DNA of 64,000 bases from Tubulanus polymorphus (lineage: Eukaryota; Animalia; Nemertea). Of this stretch, positions 39,201 to 51,200 are shown piece by piece (the first letter of the stretch is position 1; each line of letters opens with the position of its first letter). The position numbers and the translations under genes are program-made. Under the pieces are notes generated by a model that was not told the origin of the DNA, did not search any database, and saw only the letters and a list, made by a program, of their open reading frames with translations. Location: contig NC_134028.1 in NCBI RefSeq assembly GCF_964204645.1, positions 23,680,345-23,744,344 of the forward strand, read 5' to 3'.

Positions 39201-42200
39201 GGATAGGGGCCGATTCGGGACTAGCCTGAACGTAACAATTATTAGTTGTGTTATGTAAATGTGCTTTCGTATGTTAATAGCTAAGTAAACAAAACCCAGA
39301 GGTAGAATTGATGTTTGTATCGAAATATGAGAGTTTTTTATTCCAAGTTCAGAGCTGCCAGCTGTTCCTGATTTTCAGTATTTACTTATAACGAGAAATA
39401 ATGATTCAATTTTTTTTTCACAGTAATGTGAAAGATGTTACTGAAGGTTTAATTTGAACATTTTCTTCAATGAAATGTTACTAAAACGAAATTCAATACG
39501 TTACCGATAGCACTTTTCAGTTTGGCAGCCCTGCAAGTTTAGATTTCACAATTCCAGTTTGTACCTCTATCCTTACCCCAACAATGTCATATAAAATACT
39601 AAATTAAGACACAGGATAAGTTAAAACTTTTGATAGATATGTGATATTGAGAAAATACCAAAGCAATAATAAAAAATGTTTTGAAAAATTTCTTTTTTTC
39701 TATAGATATGTGATATTGAGTAATGGAAATTTACAAGTGAAGAATTTGATGCCGTCAGATGCCGGGATGTACCAGTGTCTGGCATTCAATCAGGCCGGTA
39801 ATATTGACACCACAACCTGGCTAAAAGTCAGACGTAAGTATTGATAGGACAGGGTAGCGCCACTGACCCGGAAAACTCAGGGAATTCGGATAATGCTATT
39901 GACCATGTATTCTTTATCAATACGTGATTCAATTAAAACTGAACGTCGTGTTTTAAACCTAGAAATTTCTCTGATTCACGCAGGAAATCTTGTGTAATTG
40001 CATGGAAGAATCAGGAAAACTCGGGGTCTTGTAAATGGGCGGAAAGTTGCTGTAGGATCAATCTATATAATCTACGGATATATCAACCTCACGTGTAGTG
40101 AATATACCGACGCTGCTTGTGTTTTAAGCTTCGCATTATTTTTTCAGATTTCCCTCCATTTTTTACGAAGCTACCCGTGAATATCGTCGTGATCGAAGGA
40201 AACCAGGCGAGGTTTACTTGCGAAGCCGATGGCGCTCCGAAACCTACCATCACATGGATGCGTGGTACGTTATGAAATAACGCTGATTGTGGGGGCTGTA
40301 ACGATTTAGAATTTTCACAGAAAAGAATTCTTTGCTTTACTTCATTTTTGAACAAATTGAAAAAAGATCAGACAAAAAAATTAAACATAACAATATACAG
40401 AGTCTGGATGAAGTAATTGATAATTCTAATATCAAGTTATACTTTAAAAAAAATTTAAGCTTGAAAAAATTGAAATGCACCTTTAAAAAAAAAGATAACT
40501 TGTAGGATAAAATTGTTTTTCAAGTACCTAGAAAATAAATCTATATATTTTGTGCGTGGTAATGGATCTAATTTCTTAAGAATAAATAAAATGAATAAAG
40601 CAAAGATATTAAATCAGAGCTGAAAATTAGGGTTTATAAGTAACGAAAAGAGCTAGAAAAGTAGAGATTTTGTGAGTAATGGGAATTGATCCAAGGATGC
40701 TTGACCTGACTATAGACGTAACAATTGTGCTGCTACAACTGTTACAAACTGTTCACTCGATTTAAACTTCAGGAACGACGGCAATTTCACCATCGAGTCG
40801 AATTCAACTGAACAGCAACGGCGAACAATTACTGATCTCAAATACCGTCGAAGCTGATTCCGGACCGTATAAATGTATCGCTAACAATGATAAAGGTTCA
40901 CAGACCACACAGGCCACGCTTAGTGTTTACGGTAAGAACTCATCAGAAACTCGGAGGAGAAAATCCAAAAATGTACAAATCTGGCGGCAAAACTGGTTTG
41001 ATATTGAAGATCGAGGTATCCGTGATGAAAAAATAAATCCCACAATTTTTGGATGACTAAAAATTCGATTTTGGAAAAATTTTTTTGATTTGTACATTGT
41101 GGGTTTTTATCTTATTATCCGTTCACCACGTTAGAGTGCGGTTATTGTACTACTATGACTAAAAAGTTTATTCAAAATACAATGTACTAGAAATATTTCG
41201 GTGGTTCTTACCTCCTTTCTTCGGTTCAAAATGATGTCAAATGATTATACAGTACATATGAAATAACACGCAAATCACTGCACATAGTTAGGTTATGGAC
41301 ACTGGAGAAATGAGTGTCTGTTATTGAAACGGTTTTTCTTTTTTCAGTAAAAACCGTTATCGTGGAACCACCTCAGGACACGTCCCGCGTGATGGGTTCG
41401 GACGTACTGATGCGCTGCGGCGTCAAACATTCGGCGTCGGTGAAAATCACGATCAAATGGTACAACAACGATCGGCTGATTAACGATCAGCGGATGATCG
41501 TTCACGACAACGGCAGTCTCGAAATCCGTCAGATCAACACGAACGACATCGGAGAATACATGTGTAAAGTGACGTCGGTTTCAGGCAATGACAGTCGAAG
41601 TGCTACATTGACCGTTTTAGGTTGGTTTTTTCTCTTAATGAAAATAATGATGATGATGATTTATTGAGCCTAAATTCCATATAAAATCTGTTAATTGGCT
41701 TTACATAATGCGCAAGGAGAAAAATAAATGAGTCTGATTAAAAACTTTGATGAACAATTGGGTTTTGAGGTTAGATCGGTAGACTAGATTTGATCGGATT
41801 TGGTAACTTATACCATATAGGGGCAGGGTATGAGAAGGCTCTATGCCCGACTGACTAGATAACCATGGTGGATGTCTAGCATGGATTGATTGTTAGAACT
41901 TAAAACTACTGGATGGTTTATAGGTTTATCTAGTGAATGTTATGGTGCGAAACTGTTGAGGGATTTAAATGTTAGGATCTTAACCGATCAGGTGCCGTTT
42001 CAAGAGATTTTAATTTGACTGCGGAGCTGTTTCAGCTATGTGTTCACGTGTGTTCGTGTATGTTTTTTTCAGAGCTGCCCTATCAACCATCAATCACTAC
42101 TGTCATACTAGATCCGCTATCGAATAGACGAGTAATAATCAGATGGATTCCAGGATTCGATGGTAACAGTGAGATTACGCAGTTTATCATACAGTACAGA

Positions 42201-45200
42201 GAAGCTCCACCAGGTACGTAGGCTTTTTAGTTCTTGCTCTAAAAAAATCCAAATTTGAGAAAGAAACGAAAGTGTATATTTACCGTAACTTTCTGAAGTT
42301 CTGAACACAGTTCCCCAGTTCTGATTTAGATTCAACTGAGATTTGAAATTTTGTTTCAATTAGTGAAACTAACTCACCACTGCGGAACCAAGTCCTGGAC
42401 ATTTATGATGTTCCCATAATCTGAACGTTTTGATTTATTCAATTTCCAGGTCAGACTTTGTTAGAGAATGAAGGCTGGCGAATGTTGGTGAATAAAATCG
42501 ATAAGTTAAAACGTGAATACACCGTATCGAGCACGCTGCTGCCGGCGAGAACTTATCAGTTTCACGTGAGCGCTGTCAATTCAGTCGGGGAGGGACAACC
42601 GAGTCCTCCTAGCACTCGAATCACCCTACCTCAACAACGTAAGTGTTTACTATTTACCACACAACCTACATATCTGGTTAAAGTTTGATAAATCGAAGTT
42701 AAGTTTGACTGTAAAAGTAACCGCGAACACGGAGCTTGATTTTGATCGAATTGAATATTCTAGGCCCATTTGTATCGTCGTGCCATCAGTCCAAAAGAGG
42801 TCTTTGATATAAAGAATTGTTTCAGCTTGTTATATTAAGTTGTTTGAACGGCTATAGAACTAAGATGGTCATAGTCTTGTCTTCTAAGCCCTCTCCCTAA
42901 AGATAAGATATATATATATATATTATAACTTTTTGCTTTGTAATACTAATAATGATTTTAACGTTGATGTTTAGCTCCTAGTGGTCCTCCGATCGGAGTT
43001 GTTGGCAGTCCTCGTTCACAGACGTCGATCTTCGTCACGTGGCAGGCTCCCGATGCGTCGCACTGGAACGGACGTCTGCTCGGTTATAAAGTCAGATACA
43101 AAATCGCGAACTATCCCGATTCGTCGTTCGTCATTCAAGAAATCCGAGGAACCGATCGTCAAACGATTGAACTACGCGGTCTGTCCGTATTCCGTATCTA
43201 TCAAATCGAAGTAGCCGCGTTCAACGCTAAAGGCACCGGTATGTTCAGTAGCGGTATTCGAGTTCGTACTAAAGAAGGCGTCCCGGTGCAAGCGCCTAAT
43301 CTGATCCTAGCCGAAGCAGTCAATTCTACGGCTATCAAACTGAAATGGGTTCCTCCTCATCCGCAGAAAGTAAATGGAATAAACCAGGTATGTTTAGCCC
43401 AAGTACTGTGAATACTTACTGATAATTTATGAGCATCTTAATAGTTCAGTGTTCTCCATATGCCGAGATCTTAGAAGGGACGCATTCGTTCTTGAACATT
43501 GTGGCTGTTGAAGTAGCAAAGCTTTCGGCTTAATTTTGGTACAATATATCTGACACATTAACTCACTATTTTACTAAGCAATCATCGTAAGCATTGATAG
43601 AATTGAATATAGAAGGTAGCTGACTTATTACAAGGGGTGGCTGTTTTCAGTGGGCTCGATGTAAAAATAACGAAATAACGGGTTAAAAACAGATCCCTTG
43701 TGGAGAATACTAACTGTATTTTCAACTTTTCAGGGTTATAAAATCTACGCGAGGGTCATGAATAAGACGGTCTACAAGATCGAGAAAATCGCGCCCGATC
43801 TTTACAATCAATACCCGAATCCTCAAATCGGTTTCATCGTCAATCTGAAAAAATACACGCAATACAACGTTACGCTGTTGTGTTATACGAATGAAGGAAA
43901 TGGCCCGGAGAGTACCGGCAAAATCGTGTGGACCAAAGAGGATATACCCGACGCGGTAACGCACACCGAATTCACGGATATCTACGATACAACGATGAGA
44001 GTTTCGTGGAAACCGCCTGCGAATATTAACGGTATTCTTACAGGTCAGTTTAAACCCGTAGGAATCTTCATAGCAGGGGTTTCATTATCTAGATAAAGCT
44101 GCTCGCACTGGTGCCGACTGTGTGCATGCCTGATTGACACAGACGAAATTTGGCACGACCAAAAAGCATATATGACTCGGGCCAGTTTGAATTGGGCCAA
44201 ATCGTCTCCATGTGCTTGCAGCTTGTATTGATGTAGAATAGTAGTGATACTATCTTGGATTTTTGATAGCTTCGTTTAGAGGCGAATAATGCAGTTTTTG
44301 GAACGCGAGGAATGATAATGATGTATTTGTATTATATTTCAGGTTACACGCTATTGTACGGCGTTCACAATCAAACCCATTCGATCGTTCGTCGCGATTT
44401 TCCTGCCAACGTTCGTCAATACGTCATCAAAGGATTAACGGCTAAAACGATGTACACGATAACGATATACGCGAGCACGAAAATCGGACCGGGCACGCAC
44501 AAAACCGTCGATATCATGTCCGGCGAAAAACCGGAGAAACCGGGACCGCCGTCGAATCTGGTGTTGAGTAATTTACAAGCGCGGTCGGTGGTCGTTCAGT
44601 TCTTGCCCGGTTATAACGGCAAAACGACAATCTCGAAATGGGTCGTCGAGGCGCAGATCGGACCGGATTCCGAATGGCAGACGATCTACGAAGAACAGGC
44701 TCCGAACGCACGCGCGTTGACCGTCAGAAATCTCAGGCCGTTTACGGATTATAGTTTACGCATGTACGCGGTGAATATCGTAGCGGAAAGTGAGCCGAGT
44801 TTTCCGACTCGCAAGTTTCAAACGATCCAAGCTGAACCGAGCGTTGCTCCTGGTAACGTGACCGTACGAGCCGTCGATGAGACGTCAATCAGAGTACGCT
44901 GGACTGTAAGTACATAAAGCTTCATAATTAACGATATTGGATGAAATTCTGCCCTTATTTTACCGAAAGCGCTCTCTTCAGACGTTTCGACAACATCCAA
45001 CTTTTACCACCACAATCAATTGCAAAAATTATAGCTCATTACATAGGATTGTGGTGAGTTTCAAAGTCATTAGTTTTAGTATATGTTCACCAGGGGCATT
45101 GAATATTGAAATTGTTAGATTGTTGAGCATTTCCAACCACTTCTCAATTTGGCATAGTGTCCCTAAACCCCGAGTTTGTCGTGCCCTTTTTGACGTGAAA

Positions 45201-48200
45201 TGCCATTAAAGGGGCTTTGAACTTCCTCAAGAGATACCTTGGATCTGTCACATATGAATCTTTCGCTAAACTCGAGATATCTCAACTTTTTAGCCATTGC
45301 CCATTCACGAATGGAATGGAGTACCCCTCGGCTACGTCATCAAATACAAACATAAAGACGCGAACATCTACAAACGTATTCAAATGGAAGATAAAAACGC
45401 CAACGGTTTCCTGATCGCTAAACTAGAGGAGTGGACCGAATACGAGATCAAGGTTTGCGCGTATAATGGAGTTGGTGAAGGTCCGTACAGTCAGGGTGTG
45501 TTCGATCGAACTAGAGAATCAGGTATGAAACTAATAATCCGATTTCTTGATTCGTTGTGAGGACTTTTGATCGACGTTATGATTCGATATTCAAAATATT
45601 TTTGCAGCTCCGAGCGCGGGTCCGAATGGCGTGATCGCTCGAGCAGAAAGCTCAACGGCGATTAAAGTCTGGTGGGGACCGGTTCCGAAAATCCATCAAA
45701 ACGGACGCATCGCAGGATACAAGGTATAAAAACGAAAATTTGGGACAAGTTGCTCAATATGTAGTTGGTAAAAGTTAACCATCGGATGAAGGCCATACGA
45801 ATTTTCTAACCAAACCAGTTTAAATTGTCAGGTCTTCAGTTATTTAAAACCCTTTCAGTGCTGATTAATTCATACCCTAAAGTGCTGATGATAATTTGAA
45901 AATTTAAAGAAATTCCACCCCAGAGTGTTGTATAACGGGCATACTGCTAGAGTGCGTTCACTGCGGTGCAGTGTATCTTCAGTTACTTACTTTTCATTAG
46001 ATGTTTGACTGCCATTATTCATTAGAGATAAAAACTAATTACTAATAACATCAATGCTATTTATAGCTAAGCCAATCACTGATTTATACACCATATTGTG
46101 GTGTAGATGCGTTGAAAGGATTACCTTCACAGCAATTGAGCCGTAAAAAATTCGAGTCAGTTTTATATAACTATTCACAGTTCATTATCATTGTTTTATA
46201 GGTTGTTTATTCATCGTCTGAGATCAATTTGCCGTCTCAATACTTGGTGATATCGAACCCGAACGCAACGATGGCGGTCGTCAGTGGTTTACGCAAATAC
46301 GTCCAATACGAAATACAAGTTCTAGCGTTTACGCGTATCGGTGACGGAGTCAAGAGTCCGTTGCCCGTTATTAGAGCCCGCACTAAAGCTGACAGTAAGA
46401 TATTTTTTCCACTTGATGCATTTATATTGTATATAAAATACTCGCGATATGAAGATTTAACAAGTAAAATCAGTTAAACCCGACGTCATTTCTATCCATC
46501 TTCAGAGATTAATTTAAAAGAATATTTGTTTTGAATGAATCTCTGAAGGTCAGTAGAAGCATTCTAAAACATCAGTATAACTTACTTTAGTTATCAATCT
46601 TCTTTATTGTGGGTCGTTCATATACACTTCATAGACTGCCACAAGTCTCAATTAATTTCGCATTTCATTTTCGCAAAGCACTTCATATCTTAAATATCTT
46701 AAAGTAAATAGCGCTAAATGAAAATGATTTTTGTCGTTATTATTCGATTAATGTTGAATATTTGTAGAACCCGGACCGCCGTCTAAGATCTATTTCCCGG
46801 ATGTAACGTATACGACGTGTAAAGTCGTCTGGAGCGTTCCCGATAAACCGAACGGAGTAATCACCGGATACAGCATCGCGTATCGAGAACTTAATAAGAA
46901 TCCACCGGATACAATCAGAGATGATTCGCTCGGCCCCGGTCGATTGGAGTACGCAGTTACAGGTTAGTATCTGTGTGTAATGTGTCTATGGAAGTTAGAC
47001 ATCATGATGCTTACTTTGTTAACCTAGTATCGAATCCAGTAAATGTAAAGACAGGGACCCAGTTCCACAGTTGTGAGTTAAGCCTAGCGCACATCGACAC
47101 TGCGATTGGAGACAACTAGTTGCAAGGCAGTTTTCGGCGCATGAGAGGAACTGGCTGGATACGATCAGTTGCTTGAATGTGTCGATGTGAGCGAGCTTAC
47201 GATTGGTAAGCGTCGATCTATCTCCAGTTCCAGCCAGTTGCCCATGTTCTACTTTTGAGCAACTGGTTGTACTCAATCGCAGTCATATCCGTCGATGTGC
47301 GCGCTCTGGATTTCGACGATCGACACGCGCCATGCAGTTGCTGCAACTGACGGTTGTAACTAGATTTCGATGTGCGCGGGGTAATCGTTCGTTCGGTTTT
47401 AACCCAGGGTCAAATCTAAACTCAGAACTGTGGAACTGGACCAGGGTCTCTACAACTCCTTGATTCCTTAAAAACCCTGCTTTACAGAAATGCTTTTAAA
47501 GGTGCTTGAAACTCCTTCAATTTGAGAAAAATTCTGTAATTCCTTTAAAACTCCTTTCATTTTGAGAAATATGCTATTAGAAATGTTTGTAGTTGTTGGG
47601 CTGTTACCAAATTGGAAACAAAGTTGAGTAGTGTATAGGATAAAAATTTGCTTTCAAAACCACTGCATTAATGGCTCACCGAGATAATCAGAAGTGATTT
47701 AGGAGGAGCTAAGAGGTTTTAGGATGCAGATGCTTCCTGAAAAAATGTTGTTAATAAAACGTCTTTTTTTCATCTTAGGACTGAAACAGGAAACAACGTA
47801 TGTGTTCGGCCTGAAGGCGAGGACTAGTTCCGGTTGGGGAGAAGTAGTGGAAGTAATGGTTAAAACGATGATCAATAGAAGTAAGTATAGTTAGTAGAAT
47901 AGCCCCGTCCAAATAGTAGAATAGTAGCCTTAGTTTCAAACTCTGTTTTGAGTCCATCACCAGATGTGAGTATAGTAGACTGTAGCTGGCTTGTAGTGGG
48001 CTCTCAGTGCAACAAACAAACACTTGTCTGTGTTGATGAATGTGTTAATGTTTGAATTGTTTTGTGTCATAGGAATCCCCGAAGCTCCAGCACAGCCGAC
48101 CATCAGCACGAATCAGATAGACGCTCGTGAGGCTTCGATGAGTTGGCAAGCTAAAGACGATGGCTACAGTTATATACGGAACTATACCGTACAGTATTCT

Positions 48201-51200
48201 ACTGATAGCGGTGTCACCTGGACGAATTATCGGGACACATTACCTGCTAGTCCTACTACTTATACAGTAAAAGGGTAAATAACAAACGTCGATGAGATTG
48301 CTTTCTGCGATATTTTGCTCAATGAGGCTTCATAATGCATTTAGGCCTTAAAGCTTGACGCCTAATATCTGTGACTCAGGTTGAATCATGGATCCCATAT
48401 CAGTCTTTACTTTACAGCCTTTACTTTAGCTAAATCAGAGAAAATAGACTCCATTTTGGAAAATTTCTTAAATTGTCATATCATTACCATGCCTATGCGC
48501 CACGATTTTCGTTGTTGATACTTCACTAGAAGATTAACTTCAGTGTGGTAACCATGTGGTTCAGCCCGTCTGTGTCATTTGAGATATTTTCTCCTAAAAT
48601 TAAGCAAAATATCGCAAAAACATGAGTTTATCAAATAATGAACAGACGTATTTCTGTATTGTTACTGGGCTTCAATAAGGAAGATATGTGGCTGACGTAT
48701 TTGATCCATGGCTATGATGTATTTGATCCATGGCTATGATGTATTTGATCTGTGGCTATGATGTATTTGATTTCGTCTACGATGTATTTGTATTTGTCTA
48801 AATCTAGGCTGACTCCGCATACGAAATATCGATTCCGTATTGCTGCCTGTAATGATATCGGTTTGTCACCATTCAGTCAACCTTCAAAAGAAATCCTCAC
48901 TCTACAGGATAGTAAGTTCATCAACACGTTGCTTCTTAAAATGCTTTTCCAGAATCACAAATATTTAAATATATTGAATTCAGAATTTAAATGTGTTTTT
49001 CATTTCTGCTCTCCTATTTCAGAACCTGGTGCTCCTCCTAAAAATCTCAAGGTCACACCACTGACGACCACATCTGTTCGAGTCACTTGGGAGGTACGTA
49101 GTCGGTCTCAACGATCACAGTTAATATAGACTTCATTAAAATCATTTCGTCACTAAGTTTGTCGTATTATCGTTACACCAAGGATTCAAAAGCGTCTCAT
49201 CGAGGGTTATTTACGTTTTTAAACTACAACAAAATCTACCGTTTTATCCCACGCTAGCCACCGGAGGCGCGATTTCGTTACGGAAGCATGCTCGGATATT
49301 ACCTCGAGTTTCGCGAGCTCGATAACGTGATGGACTGGTGGCACCGCGAGCACGTACGTTCGTCGTACGCCATCTCGTTACACGTACACAACATGAAACT
49401 GTACACGGCGTATCAGTTTCGCATCGCCGCGCACAACGAAATCGGAATCGGCTCGTGGAGTTTACCGATCATTGTAGATATGGAACTCGGTATAATTTAC
49501 ATCCACACGACTCTCTCGCGACCGAGTTTTATAGACACGTGTAATCCCTTAATCCCTTAAAGGTTTTTAGCATACTACGGTATCCGCATCCATTGTTAGA
49601 CTCATCACCCAAGCGTTTTTGATGAGTGATTATACGTCCTTGCTATTGTTTATTTTGTATGCCTGACATCTGATAGATGTCCTTGCTCTTTATTCCAAAC
49701 AAATACGGCTGCTTTGCAAGGCTGGATGTTTACTGGTGAAGATCGGGAATTCTGTGCGATCAATTGAAACCCTGGGATACCCAGTAATTGATTCCCAATG
49801 AAAGATTGGAATCCTTTAGGGGTTTACCATCAACACCTCTCTCAAGAGCCTTTAGGGCTGGTTTTATAGACAGGTATTGATTATAAACGAGAGATTGAAC
49901 TTATTTGACTATGAATTGTGGTAAAGTTAATACTGCAACCAGTGCAACAGGTTCTCGATGGAATTGACTAGACAGTTATGATATCTAGGTTCATTTTCAA
50001 TGATTTGAATCAATTTTATTCTAACTCACAACTGTAGAACTGGGTTATGGTCTATAAAACTAAGCCCCACGGATTTCAACATTACCCGGTCTATGAAGCT
50101 CGGTCTAAGATGGTTTTTTTAAACGCATGCTTTCATCGTAGTGTTATTTATCTCTTATCATATCGTTGTCGATATGTTATTTCGATAGTCGATTTTTCAG
50201 TTAAATTCTGAGTACGAAATCAAACATTATTTTCTCGCGAGGATAACGTTTAACGTGAAAAATTGACAACATGAAGAAATACTTGTTTCGGAAACAGATG
50301 AAAAAGCTCGAATCATTTTCTCTCTGGTTCTTGTGCAGCTCTTCAAAAGACTAATTGTCGACTTTTCTGAAGCGAGGAAATTCATGTTACAATTTTTGTC
50401 CTTTTTGAACTTCTCAACTGTAGTTTTGTGAACATTGTTACCGTAAGAAGATGGATAAGTTGATGCAACCGAGTGTTATAAAATGAGGTCCGACCAGATG
50501 GTGTGCACAACAATAGTGCACAACTAAATTTAATTTGATTTCAATTTGACTTATATCTAGATGCTGTAGGCTCCAATATGAAAAGCTATACAGATCCAAT
50601 TCCTCATTAAACTGAGATAGATCTTTCGGTTTCAAATACAGTGCAGTGTTTATTCGTAATTCACTGACTTCGAGAAATCGTGAATAGATTTTTAATTATA
50701 TTTGATCCAAGAGCCAGCATCGTTGTCCAAAATGTTGGATAGTTGGATTCTCTCGAAACATTTGTATCAATGAATCTCCAGGTCGCATCTCGATCCATCA
50801 GTTTACGGTAAATTATGATTAGATTCATAGTTGATTTCATTCATTTGTTTTATTTCGCTTCACGTGTTTTCCTTATTATACGCATGTTTTTAGCTGCCGG
50901 ATATAAACAGTTTGAACGGAGACCTGCAGGGCTACCGAGTCTTCTATCGACAATTGAACAAAGGCAATCAGGAACCGAGCCAAGCGGTGACTAGCGCCAC
51001 TACTATCGACTTGGACGGTCTTACGAAAGGCGTGTACTACGAAGTGATCGTACACGCGTATAATATTATTGGAACTGGCGTGCCTTCGATACCTGTAACT
51101 GTCTATGTCGGAGAAGCAAGTAAGAATCGTAATATCATTGATGAAAATCCGTAAACAGTAATCATTGTTAATGTTGAAAAAGTGCATCGGGCAAGAATTA

